Source of the DNA: an uncultured Bacilli bacterium
Lineage (GTDB): Bacteria; Bacillota_I; Bacilli_A; RF39; UBA660
Assembly (NCBI GenBank): GCA_910584305.1
Contig: CAJTZW010000005.1
Span: 37,684-101,683, forward strand
Length of the DNA: 64,000 nucleotides
Reading direction: 5' to 3'
In this document: positions 52,608-60,718 of the stretch, piece after piece
Numbering within the stretch: the first letter of the stretch is position 1
Layout of the letters: every line of letters begins with the position of its first letter
Notes under the pieces: generated by a model
Told to the model about the DNA's origin: nothing
The model's database searches: none
The model's input: the letters and a program-made list of their open reading frames with translations, nothing else
Program-made: the position numbers and the translations under genes

Positions 52608-53497
52608 TGTTCACCTTTGTTTATTTTATAATACATTTTAGGACTCTTTCTCATAATATACTTCTTGTACCATGGATTTTCAATATATTTAAAAATATCA
52701 TGGGCATTTAATTCTGCTACATATTTTTTATATTCTTTAGACTTCAAAAAGATTGATTTTTTTATCATTGTGTGTGCAACATAGGACTGTAATAACTTAA
52801 CATGCTTAGCATCGGTATGCCTTATATACTTTTCAAATTGTTGATAACCATTAAAACCCTCTATCCTGTTATTTGGCGCCTCAGTTGGATGAACTACATA
52901 GCCAATATATCCTAGAGATTTCACTTTGCTTGATTGTAGTATCAGGAAAGGTATAAAAGCAAAATATTCTACTTCCATCTCTTTAAATATTGATGGCCAA
53001 TACTTTACCCATAGATTTTTTTTATAGGCATAACATTCTAGTTTATCAATACAATAGTACTTTTGAATTTTAGAGAATGATTTTACCCCAGATAATGTTT
53101 CGAAGGGTAACTCTCTATACATTTTGACACCACTTGTTCCAATTTCCTTCATCTGAAAACGAATTATATCTGGACTATCTTTCAATTTTTTTTCAAGAGT
53201 TTTTAATAGATTTTTTTCAATAGAACCGTGCTGTTCTAGAAAAATGATATACTCTCCTTTGGCACGTTTTACGCCTTCATTCCTGGCCATTGGGAATTTC
53301 ATATTTTTCTTGTGAATATATTTTACCTTGTCTTTACATTCTTCTAACATTTTCTGGATAATCTTTTTGCATTTGTCGGTATTACTTACATCAACAATTA
53401 TTATTTCATAGTCTTGTATAGATTGATTTAAAATACTCTGCAAACTATATGATTGATAATTTTCGTCAACTACCATCACTACACTAAATCTTGGCAT
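52604..53497 (-). CDS. GT2-like glycosyltransferase (divergent)
   Basis: 297 aa. FSVVMVVDENYQSYSLQSILNQSIQDYEIIIVD. 4-nt overlap with the downstream GT2 gene. Confidence 0.65.
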   Translation of the reverse strand: MPRFSVVMVVDENYQSYSLQSILNQSIQDYEIIIVDVSNTDKCKKIIQKMLEECKDKVKYIHKKNMKFPMARNEGVKRAKGEYIIFLEQHGSIEKNLLKTLEKKLKDSPDIIRFQMKEIGTSGVKMYRELPFETLSGVKSFSKIQKYYCIDKLECYAYKKNLWVKYWPSIFKEMEVEYFAFIPFLILQSSKVKSLGYIGYVVHPTEAPNNRIEGFNGYQQFEKYIRHTDAKHVKLLQSYVAHTMIKKSIFLKSKEYKKYVAELNAHDIFKYIENPWYKKYIMRKSPKMYYKINKGEQ

Positions 53498-53535
53498 ACC
53501 TGTATCTCCCCTCTAATTGTATCATTTTTTAGTAC

Positions 53536-54246
53536 TTAACACTTCATTTCGTGCTCAGTGTCACACATTGTTCCTAATACTTGTAACATATATTGTGAAT
53601 AAATCTCCCTCAACTCTTCTGTCTGTGCAGAAGTAAGCGCAACACTTGAATCTGTCTGAGAATCTACAGTACCTATATGTAGCCCTAAAATTTCACCGTT
53701 TTTTATAAATACAACAGTTGGAAAATAAAGTCGTTTTACAGAACTATCATTTAATCCCTCATATTCCCCTAAATCATCATATAATAATTCAAGTAACTCT
53801 TTATACTCCTTAGTTCCCTCATCATCAACAATAATATTTCCATCCTCGTCAAGGTGTTTTTTATCCCTAATCGATAAGGCGTTAAAGTAGTAAATTTTAT
53901 CTATTCCTGTCTCCTTTGCTGCTTCCAATAACACAGGGACTGCATTTCTACACCAAGGGCATTCTGGAAAGCCAAAATAAATCACACCCGTTCCATCTGT
54001 GATTACTTTTTTTATATCATCATAGGAAGCATATATCATTGGGTTTTGTTCGTCAACTGCAATTGTTTTATATAGTTTTTCACTCGATTGCTTTTTATCA
54101 TTTAAATTTTCGTATTCTTCCTTAAATCTCATCGCATCTTCATTACTCTTTATTTCTTTGTCATGATTGTTAACTACCTTTATATAAAGCGTTATTACCA
54201 TTGTAACGAATAATAATGCTGCTACAAATAATTTTTTCTTTTCCAT
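53536..54246 (-). CDS. membrane-anchored thioredoxin-fold protein (CPWC active site)
   Basis: Start taken at ATG 54246 (MEKKKLFVAALLFVTMVITLYI) behind a GAGGTGA RBS. VIYFGFPECPWCRNAVPVL. Confidence 0.7.
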   Translation of the reverse strand: MEKKKLFVAALLFVTMVITLYIKVVNNHDKEIKSNEDAMRFKEEYENLNDKKQSSEKLYKTIAVDEQNPMIYASYDDIKKVITDGTGVIYFGFPECPWCRNAVPVLLEAAKETGIDKIYYFNALSIRDKKHLDEDGNIIVDDEGTKEYKELLELLYDDLGEYEGLNDSSVKRLYFPTVVFIKNGEILGLHIGTVDSQTDSSVALTSAQTEELREIYSQYMLQVLGTMCDTEHEMKC

Positions 54247-54377
54247 ATTTTCACCTCTGCATAAATTATACACTATTTTTAAACTGAAAAAAAGCTTTAA
54301 AATCTTTATTTTACTAGACCATCATTATTACTAATGGAAAACTTATGTCATAAAATATTAACGGAAGGAGGAATATC

Positions 54378-55280
54378 ATGCATAAAAACTGTAATAACGA
54401 TCCATGTATTTATAAGGAAGCTTTACAGAAGATAGAACGAGATCAATCGATGCTAGGTAATAGCACCTTTGCAATAGTCGGCCCCACTGGGGCTACTGGG
54501 CCTACCGGACCCGCTGGTGGAGCAACTGGGCCTACCGGAGCAACCGGGCCTACTGGTGCAACTGGACCTACTGGAGCAACTGGGCCTACTGGAGCAACTG
54601 GGCCTACTGGTGCAACCGGACCTACTGGAGCAACTGGGCCTACCGGAGCAACCGGGCCTACTGGTGCAACTGGACCTACTGGAGCAACCGGGCCTACTGG
54701 AGCAACCGGGCCTACTGGGGCTACTGGACCTACTGGGGCAACCGGGCCTACTGGAGCAACCGGGCCTACTGGTGCAACCGGGCCTACTGGAGCAACTGGT
54801 CCTACCGGGCCAACTGGGCCTACTGGTCCAGTTACACCAATCACAAATGCAGCCTTAATGTTACATGATGAGGGAACTAATACAGTAAATGTCGGAGCTC
54901 CAGTTTTATTTAGTACAATAAATCTATCAAGTGGAATAACATATAATCCAGCTAACGGAGTATTTACAATCACCCAACCAGGTCAGTATATGGTTCATTG
55001 GTGGTTAAATGTACGAAATCCTGACACCTCAGTCTCTGCATCTGCTTCACCAATAATAGTAACACTAAATCAAGTTACACCATCGGCTCAACTTATCTCA
55101 TCATCGGCTACCCACAACTCATTAGGTGACAGAGCAACTGGTCAAGTAAATGGAAATGCAGTGTTTACTGCTACTGCTGGTAGCACATTTAGATTAATTA
55201 ACGCATCAACTATTTCTATGCAATTAGTTAAAAATGGTCAATATTCCGGTTCTATTTCAATTATTAGGAATGCAGGTTAA
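54378..55280 (+). CDS. collagen-like triple-helix repeat protein with BclA-type C-terminal globular domain (exosporium/surface filament candidate)
   Basis: 300 aa with GGAAGGAGG RBS. Residues 35-152 are (GPT/GAT) triplets. The C-terminal ~145 aa (...[17 protein letters not shown]...FRLINAS...) resembles the BclA C-terminal beta-sandwich domain. Confidence 0.8.
   Translation: MHKNCNNDPCIYKEALQKIERDQSMLGNSTFAIVGPTGATGPTGPAGGATGPTGATGPTGATGPTGATGPTGATGPTGATGPTGATGPTGATGPTGATGPTGATGPTGATGPTGATGPTGATGPTGATGPTGATGPTGATGPTGPTGPTGPVTPITNAALMLHDEGTNTVNVGAPVLFSTINLSSGITYNPANGVFTITQPGQYMVHWWLNVRNPDTSVSASASPIIVTLNQVTPSAQLISSSATHNSLGDRATGQVNGNAVFTATAGSTFRLINASTISMQLVKNGQYSGSISIIRNAG
54480..54833 (+). repeat. 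GC-rich 18-nt periodic coding repeat ((GPTGAT)n, about 39 G-X-Y triplets with one extra-Gly interruption)
   Basis: Units such as ggagcaactgggcctact / ggtgcaaccgggcctact are repeated head-to-tail. The stretch is conspicuously GC-rich against the AT-rich background. Confidence 0.9.
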
Positions 55281-55315
55281 ATTTAAATTAATGCAGTATT
55301 AGATGAATTAAATTC

Positions 55316-55325
55316 TATAGTGTGT
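55316..55325 (+). other. candidate oriT nick-region motif TATAGTGTGT
   Basis: It matches, from memory, the core of the pMV158/MobM oriT (..GTATAGTGTG/TTATAC..). Same strand as the MobV gene and about 660 nt upstream of it. Flanked by short inverted repeats (attag-catc-ctaat at 55327-55340). Confidence 0.3.
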
Positions 55326-55427
55326 CATTAGCATCCTAATCAACTAGGCTACAGGCTTATTGAAGCGGTTGCATAAATATTCTTAAGGCTCTAGGTATAA
55401 AACCTTCTGCCTTTTTAGTTGAATGAA

Positions 55428-55449
55428 ATCCTATGCATGCCCATAGGAT
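55428..55449. repeat. perfect 8-bp inverted repeat atcctatg-N6-cataggat
   Basis: Read directly in the 512-nt non-coding stretch between the collagen-like gene and the mob region. Confidence 0.6.
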
Positions 55450-55792
55450 GTTCTTGTGACTTGATACTAACGATTCAATTAATCGCAGTTTGAATGAAAG
55501 AATCATTTGATGCAATCTCATAAGTTTAAGTTTCAATGATCTAGCGATAAAATAATTTCTATTAAAAATACTTGTAATACATCTAAAACCTAGTTTACTA
55601 CATTTAATTAATATTCATTCAATCTATATTGTTGAGTACATTGTAGCAAAGATTTTTCATAAATAAAAAGTAAGTAACATAATAGGTAAAGTAGATAAAC
55701 ACTTTCATCCAATTACAATAGAATTAATTGTTAAAAAATATTTAAAAGAAGATGATTTAGAACTTTATAAATATGATAACTTCATCAATGAA

Positions 55793-55984
55793 ATGCTAGA
55801 AGAATACGAATATCGAGAAGTAATTATGGCGGTTAACTATATTATTCAAAAATGGAAATCAAATAAAGGATTAGATGAAAATGGCGAAATCATTACCAAC
55901 CAATATGGCTATTTCAAAAGTGCTTTGGAAAGTAATTTAAGAAAGATAACACAAGATATTGAATTATGGGAGATTGAGCCATGA
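55793..55984 (+). CDS. small ORF translationally coupled to mob (possibly the tail of a truncated larger gene)
   Basis: 63 aa. ATGA overlap with the mob start. The same frame stays open upstream to 55667 (..GKVDKHFHPITIELIVKKYLKEDDLELYKYDNFINE-M...) without a start codon. Confidence 0.4.
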   Translation: MLEEYEYREVIMAVNYIIQKWKSNKGLDENGEIITNQYGYFKSALESNLRKITQDIELWEIEP

Positions 55985-57219
55985 GCTATGCGATTTTTAG
56001 AAGTGAGCCAATTCAAACACTTTCTGATCTAGCCCAAATTGGTAGCCATAATAAACGTGAGAAACAAGCATATAAAAGCAATCCTAATATTCGATTAGAA
56101 TTAAGTAAGGATAATATTGATATTGTTCCTTGTAACAATAAATATGTAAAACAATTCTATGAAATCACAAAAGAATATAGGAAAGAACATGAAGAAAAAA
56201 TGAAAACAACACGAAAAGAAAGGCAAAAATCATTTCATGATATGGTAAATGATTCTAAAAGTGTGGTTGCTGATGAACTACTATTTACAAGTGATACATC
56301 CTTTTTTAAAGATATGACTAGAGAAGAAATTATCAAATGGCCAAATACTTGTATGGACTTCGTTTATCAAGATTTAGGATATACCAAAGAACAGGTATTG
56401 CATGCCACTATCCACATGGATGAGAAAACTCCACATCTTCATTGTGTCGTTGTACCATTGATTCGTAAATTTGATAAGAGGACAAATAAAGAAAAATATA
56501 GCATTAGTAAGAAACAGTATATTAAAGACAAAATCCATTTAAGTGAATTACAAGACAAATACCATGATAGAATGGTTAAAAATGGTTTTGATTTACAAAG
56601 AGGTATCAAAAATAGTGATAATATTCATCTTTCTATGAAAGAAATGAAAAAGATGACTAGAAAACAAGATAGAAGATTAGAGCAACAAGAATACCGCTTA
56701 ACAAATATCTATGATTCTCTTTCTACTAAAATCAATAATCGAAAATATAAAATCATTGGTAATAAAGTCCAAATGGATAAAGACACTTTTTATGAAGTTG
56801 AAAAATTTATGAAACAGGCAAAAGCAGTTATTGAAGAAACACATAAAACAATGGCTTTGTACCACGAATTATATAACTATGCTAAAAACTACAAAGATTT
56901 AGAAAAGGAAAAACAAAATATTCAATATGAAGTAAATAACCTAAAACATCAAAATGAGAAACTACAACAAGAAAACAATTCTTTGCATACTATCTTACAC
57001 CATATTCTCCAAACTTTAAAATTTATGTTCCGTAAAATCCTACATCTAGGTACTGAAAAAGAAAAGGACATTGTAACGAGTGAAATCATTGACTACTACC
57101 ATCATGATTTTTATAACAAACAAGATCTAAAAGATATTTGTAAAGATACTTCAAAAGAAGATGAAATTAATCAAAAATTGCATTTTTGCCATGAAAAGGA
57201 TTGGGAAAGAGAACTATAA
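55981..57219 (+). CDS. mob: MobV-family (Mob/Pre) plasmid mobilisation relaxase
   Basis: 412 aa. MSYAIFRSEPIQTLSDLAQIGSHNKRE (HxxR) and HATIHMDEKTPHLHCVVVP (HxDExxPHxH). Coiled-coil C-terminal half. Confidence 0.85.
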   Translation: MSYAIFRSEPIQTLSDLAQIGSHNKREKQAYKSNPNIRLELSKDNIDIVPCNNKYVKQFYEITKEYRKEHEEKMKTTRKERQKSFHDMVNDSKSVVADELLFTSDTSFFKDMTREEIIKWPNTCMDFVYQDLGYTKEQVLHATIHMDEKTPHLHCVVVPLIRKFDKRTNKEKYSISKKQYIKDKIHLSELQDKYHDRMVKNGFDLQRGIKNSDNIHLSMKEMKKMTRKQDRRLEQQEYRLTNIYDSLSTKINNRKYKIIGNKVQMDKDTFYEVEKFMKQAKAVIEETHKTMALYHELYNYAKNYKDLEKEKQNIQYEVNNLKHQNEKLQQENNSLHTILHHILQTLKFMFRKILHLGTEKEKDIVTSEIIDYYHHDFYNKQDLKDICKDTSKEDEINQKLHFCHEKDWEREL

Positions 57220-57249
57220 ATATGGTATAATCAAGTCTAGAGGTGATAA

Positions 57250-57936
57250 ATGATGTCAAAAGACTTTGCAGTGTCAACATTAAAATCTGGTATTTCTTTA
57301 ATTCCATGGGCTGGTGGGGTAATAAATGAAGTAATTTCTTATTACCAAGGAAAATATGTTGATGATCGAATTACTAAACTTGAAAAGTTACTTGATGCCA
57401 ATCAAAAAGAGACATTTACTAAAAATATCAATAGTTTAACTGAAGAAGAATACTTTTTAACTAGAAAAATAATAAAATTTTATTTACTAGAGGCTGAACC
57501 AAATGTATCAGATGCAATAGTTAAATTTATAATAGATTATATTCTTAACAACAAAAGAAATAATATGGGTTATCTAATAAAAACTTTATGTGAACTAGAT
57601 TCGAGTGATATTACATTACTAAAAAAAATAAAATATGATATTTCGCCGAACGAAAGAGGCGTTTATTGTTGGAATGATATTTCTCCTTACGAAACCATTT
57701 CGAATGGAGATAAAAAGGGAAAAATTAAATTAAGTAGTTTAATGGTTACTCAATTCAAAACTAACGAATATGAAAACAATTTAGAGTATAATATGATAGG
57801 ATTTTCTTTTAAAAAATTAGAAAACTTAGACATTATAGTTTCCAGTTTTCTCATATACCCTGGTGAAAATAATATTAGAAATGTTGAACATTTTTGTATA
57901 AGTCAATTAGGAAAAGAAATACTAAAATATATCTAA
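57250..57936 (+). CDS. hypothetical protein (element cargo, unknown function)
   Basis: 228 aa with GAGGTGA RBS. No motif I can name. Confidence 0.55.
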   Translation: MMSKDFAVSTLKSGISLIPWAGGVINEVISYYQGKYVDDRITKLEKLLDANQKETFTKNINSLTEEEYFLTRKIIKFYLLEAEPNVSDAIVKFIIDYILNNKRNNMGYLIKTLCELDSSDITLLKKIKYDISPNERGVYCWNDISPYETISNGDKKGKIKLSSLMVTQFKTNEYENNLEYNMIGFSFKKLENLDIIVSSFLIYPGENNIRNVEHFCISQLGKEILKYI

Positions 57937-57964
57937 AATAAACCGCCATAATAACGTAGTAACA

Positions 57965-58016
57965 CACACCGATATTGGCAAGCCAATATCGGTGTGCAAA
58001 GGGAATCTTCCCTTTT
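57965..58016. terminator. two adjacent hairpins between convergent genes (14-bp perfect stem, then aaggg-N6-ccctt + TTTT)
   Basis: cacaccgatattgg-caag-ccaatatcggtgtg (57965-57996), then aagggaatcttccctttt (57999-58016). Confidence 0.55.
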
Positions 58017-58070
58017 GAAACCCTTATATAGGAGTTAGCAAGCCTAACTTCTTTTTTGGCTTAATGTGAA

Positions 58071-58430
58071 TCACTTCACATCTTCTTTGATTTGATAAAA
58101 TGGTACACGTGAAGATAGTATCAATGGATCATAGGAAGTTACATCAATATTATACTTATTCTTTAACACACAAATGGATTCATTCACCATATTAGAAATT
58201 TCCGTTTTACTGTAATGAAACTCATCATATAAAACTGCATTTACCAAATTATAGTAACTTGTATTCTCATTTCTAAAATACTTCAACCATAACATTGCAT
58301 AATGAGCCATTTCCTCTACATATCGATTTTTACGAAATTCCTTTTCCTTTAATGTGATTAACTTTACTTTCTCCAAGTCTTTGCCACTTATCTCATCCCT
58401 AGTTCCTTTATAAGGATCATTCTGATACAC
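58071..58430 (-). CDS. hypothetical protein (element cargo)
   Basis: 119-aa ORF, divergent from the HTH gene. Confidence 0.5.
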   Translation of the reverse strand: MYQNDPYKGTRDEISGKDLEKVKLITLKEKEFRKNRYVEEMAHYAMLWLKYFRNENTSYYNLVNAVLYDEFHYSKTEISNMVNESICVLKNKYNIDVTSYDPLILSSRVPFYQIKEDVK

Positions 58431-58484
58431 TCTATCTCTCCTTCTAATATTCCATACATTATGAATGGATTATATCACAATTAT

Positions 58485-58501
58485 GCATACATAGTGTATG
58501 C
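58485..58501. promoter_or_regulatory. palindromic operator-like site GCATACA-tag-TGTATGC in the divergent promoter region
   Basis: Perfect 7-bp arms, 23 nt upstream of the XRE-type HTH gene. A second imperfect palindrome TCCATACATTATGAATGGA lies at about 58451-58469. Confidence 0.35.
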
Positions 58502-58523
58502 TTGTCAATAAGGAGCGTGATGT

Positions 58524-58736
58524 ATGAAAATAGTTGCTAATGATTACAAGGAAAAAGAAGTTATGAAAATATTAAGAGAATGGACAGGCAAAAAACAACC
58601 TGATTTTGGAAAAGACATTGGATTAAGTGGAATGACTGTTCAAGGCTATGAAAGAGGCACTAGAAGATATACATTTGAAACCTTAATGAAAATTGCTAAA
58701 AAATATGGTTATACAGTTACAATAGAAAAGAAATAG
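58524..58736 (+). CDS. XRE-family helix-turn-helix regulator
   Basis: 70 aa with AAGGAG RBS. ...KQPDFGKDIGLSGMTVQGYERGTRRYTFETLMKIAKKYG. Confidence 0.7.
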   Translation: MKIVANDYKEKEVMKILREWTGKKQPDFGKDIGLSGMTVQGYERGTRRYTFETLMKIAKKYGYTVTIEKK

Positions 58737-58745
58737 TCTTGTTTG

Positions 58746-59417
58746 CTATTTCTTTTTCATTTCATTTTGATTATAAAATGCTTTGGTTTCTTCAAATAAC
58801 CTTGGAGCAAATTCATCTAATAATTGCCAATTTTTAATAAGATCTAATACAAAATTTCTTCCATAATTCTCTATCATATACTTTCCCATTAAATATGATG
58901 TTGGATAATTATTAGGAGCATTATTAAAGTCATTTTTTAATTTTTCATAAGTACAAATAATTTCAATACCATTATAATCTTGACCTGATAAGTTTGTTGC
59001 TAATGCTTCTGAAAACCATATATGACCATGTGAATTATTTTCCCCTAACAATTCGTGATGACATATATGAGCAAATTCATGTAAAATATTTTGCATTTGA
59101 TCTTCAATCGTTTCATTTCTATGAGAACTTAACTCTCGGCAAAGGCTTAATTCTAACATATTAATATTGTCATCCATTGTATCGGCTATCATCCAATCAT
59201 GATAAGTTTCACCCATTTCCTCAAGATAAGGTATTAAGTGTTTCTTATAATCATCGATTGAATAATAGATTTTGACAATGACTTTTCGACTAATGTTTTC
59301 TAAACCAAAGAAATTCATGATTTCTTTAGATTTTGATTCTAGTGTTGTAATTAATTGTTGAATATTTTCATCATTACGATTATAAAAAATAATAAATTGA
59401 TCATTTTCATATTGCAT
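58746..59417 (-). CDS. putative zinc metallopeptidase (HExxH)
   Basis: 223 aa. ILHEFAHICHHE motif. Family not identified. Confidence 0.5.
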   Translation of the reverse strand: MQYENDQFIIFYNRNDENIQQLITTLESKSKEIMNFFGLENISRKVIVKIYYSIDDYKKHLIPYLEEMGETYHDWMIADTMDDNINMLELSLCRELSSHRNETIEDQMQNILHEFAHICHHELLGENNSHGHIWFSEALATNLSGQDYNGIEIICTYEKLKNDFNNAPNNYPTSYLMGKYMIENYGRNFVLDLIKNWQLLDEFAPRLFEETKAFYNQNEMKKK

Positions 59418-59433
59418 ACTTCCACCTTATCTT

Positions 59434-59634
59434 CTATTCGTTTCTAGGTAACTCACTATAATCATACTTTTCCGCACTTATTTCTAAATCATCATAAAGT
59501 TGTTTCACATCTGCTAATATTTTCTCTATTGGATATATTTCTTGATAATAATCATATTTTTCTAACAACATCATCATATGATGTAATTTTGTTCTACACT
59601 TTGCTACATTATCTCTTTTTTGAGCGGAATCCAT
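59434..59634 (-). CDS. small hypothetical protein
   Basis: 66-aa ORF immediately upstream of the HExxH gene. Overlaps the 5' edge of the integrase fragment on the other strand. Confidence 0.4.
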   Translation of the reverse strand: MDSAQKRDNVAKCRTKLHHMMMLLEKYDYYQEIYPIEKILADVKQLYDDLEISAEKYDYSELPRNE

Positions 59635-59889
59635 CCACTTGCACCCACAACAATTGGTAGAAAGAAAGATAAGTATTGTGCTTTAGCAAATGTTAAAAAA
59701 ATAAGAATACACGACTTTAGGCATAGTCATGCATCCTTACTGTTATCCAAGAATGTACCTATTATAGTTATTTCGGAACGTTTAGGTCATTCTGATATCA
59801 ATATGACACTCAATACTTATTCTCATATGATTCCAAATGATGAAGATAAAGCAATCGACATCTTGAATCATTTAAAACAAAATCTATAA
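59620..59889 (+). pseudogene. C-terminal fragment of a tyrosine recombinase/phage-type integrase
   Basis: 89 aa. ...IRIHDFRHSHASLLLSKNVPIIVISERLGHSDINMTLNTYSHM contains the HxxR, H and catalytic Y boxes. The N-terminal ~250 aa are absent. Confidence 0.7.
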
Positions 59890-59937
59890 AACTAATAAAT
59901 TAAGTGTTTTTTAAAGACTATGAGTAATCAATTATTA

Positions 59938-59964
59938 TAAAAGCCCTGAAATTCAAGGCTTTAT
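59938..59964 (-). terminator. hairpin + U-tract downstream of the tRNA cluster
   Basis: Minus strand: aaagcc-N11-ggcttt followed by tataataatt. Starts 9 nt past the CCA end of tRNA-Pro. Confidence 0.4.
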
Positions 59965-59972
59965 AATCTAAA

Positions 59973-60049
59973 TGGTCGGGAAAACAGGATTTGAACCTGC
60001 AACCCCTTGGTCCCAAACCAAGTGCTCTACCAAGTTGAGCCATTTCCCG
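59973..60049 (-). tRNA. tRNA-Pro (UGG)
   Basis: Cloverleaf readable. Anticodon loop ttTGGga. Acceptor cgggaaa/tttcccg. CCA encoded. Confidence 0.9.
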
Positions 60050-60058
60050 ATATAAATA

Positions 60059-60135
60059 TGGTGCGCTCGAAGGGATTCGAACCCCTGACCTTTTGGTTCG
60101 TAGCCAAACACTCTATCCAGCTGAGCTACGAGCGC
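60059..60135 (-). tRNA. tRNA-Arg (ACG)
   Basis: Anticodon loop ctACGaa. Acceptor gcgctcg/cgagcgc. CCA encoded. Confidence 0.9.
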
Positions 60136-60155
60136 AGCTTTTTGTTAAATTTAAA

Positions 60156-60231
60156 TGGTGGCTCCGAGTGGAATCGAACCACCGACACAGGGATTTTCAG
60201 TCCCTTGCTCTACCGACTGAGCTACAGAGCC
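60156..60231 (-). tRNA. tRNA-Phe (GAA)
   Basis: Anticodon loop ctGAAaa. T-arm ggtggttcgattccac. CCA encoded. Confidence 0.9.
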
Positions 60232-60240
60232 AAATATAAA

Positions 60241-60316
60241 TGGCGGTCCCGACGAGAATTGAACTCGCGATCTTCTGCGTGACAGGCAGACGTGATAACC
60301 GCTACACCACGGGACC
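60241..60316 (-). tRNA. tRNA-Asp (GUC)
   Basis: Anticodon loop ctGTCac. Acceptor ggtcccg/cgggacc. CCA encoded. Confidence 0.9.
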
Positions 60317-60320
60317 ATTT

Positions 60321-60397
<77 letters not shown>

Positions 60398-60416
60398 ATA
60401 TATAAAATTATTTAAA

Positions 60417-60507
60417 TGGCGGAGAAACTGGGATTCGAACCCAGGCGCCGGTTGCCCGACCTACCGGTTTTCAAGACCGGACCCTTCAACCACTTGGGTA
60501 TTTCTCC
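60417..60507 (-). tRNA. tRNA-Ser (UGA)
   Basis: 91 nt with a long variable arm. Anticodon loop ctTGAaa. CCA encoded. Confidence 0.9.
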
Positions 60508-60515
60508 AATACATA

Positions 60516-60604
60516 TGGTGCCTAAGGCCGGACTTGAACCGGCACGGGATTTGACTCCCGCAGGATTTTAAGTCCTGTGCGTCTACCAATTTCGCCACTC
60601 AGGC
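60516..60604 (-). tRNA. tRNA-Leu (UAA)
   Basis: 89 nt with a long variable arm. Anticodon loop ctTAAaa. CCA encoded. Confidence 0.9.
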
Positions 60605-60626
60605 AACAATTAATTAAAAAAAATAA

Positions 60627-60702
60627 TGGTGTCCCGTACAGAATTCGAATCTGTGACCCTTTGATTAAAAGTCAAATGCTCTACCAGCTGAGCTAACGGG
60701 AC
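60627..60702 (-). tRNA. tRNA-Lys (UUU)
   Basis: Anticodon loop ctTTTaa. Acceptor gtcccgt/acgggac. CCA encoded. Confidence 0.9.
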
Positions 60703-60718
60703 ATATACAAATTTTAAA

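Larger units (their letters stand above)
55281..59965. mobile_element. decayed integrated mobilizable element (oriT-like site, MobV relaxase, cargo genes, truncated tyrosine integrase) abutting tRNA-Pro
   Basis: Gene content below. The integrase fragment ends 83 nt from the 3' end of tRNA-Pro. The left border is not defined, and no convincing flanking direct repeat was found by eye. Confidence 0.5.

Noticed and set aside
54480-54833. Periodic repeat array considered as a CRISPR or other non-coding array
   Set aside because: The period is 18 nt with no unique spacers. It is continuous and in-frame, and it encodes G-X-Y triplets. It is a coding collagen-like repeat.
54443-54973. 176-aa minus-strand ORF (PVGPVA repeats) and 113-aa +2-frame ORF (54517..54858) over the collagen repeat
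   Set aside because: Both are by-products of the low-complexity GC-rich 18-nt repeat staying open in several frames. Only the + frame beginning at 54378 has an RBS, an N-terminal region and a folded C-terminal domain.
55281-55310. Shared taaattaa between the left edge of the element and the integrase-tRNA-Pro spacer (about 59897-59904) as att direct repeats
   Set aside because: An 8-nt AT-only match in an AT-rich genome is expected by chance. No repeat of the tRNA-Pro 3' end was found by eye.
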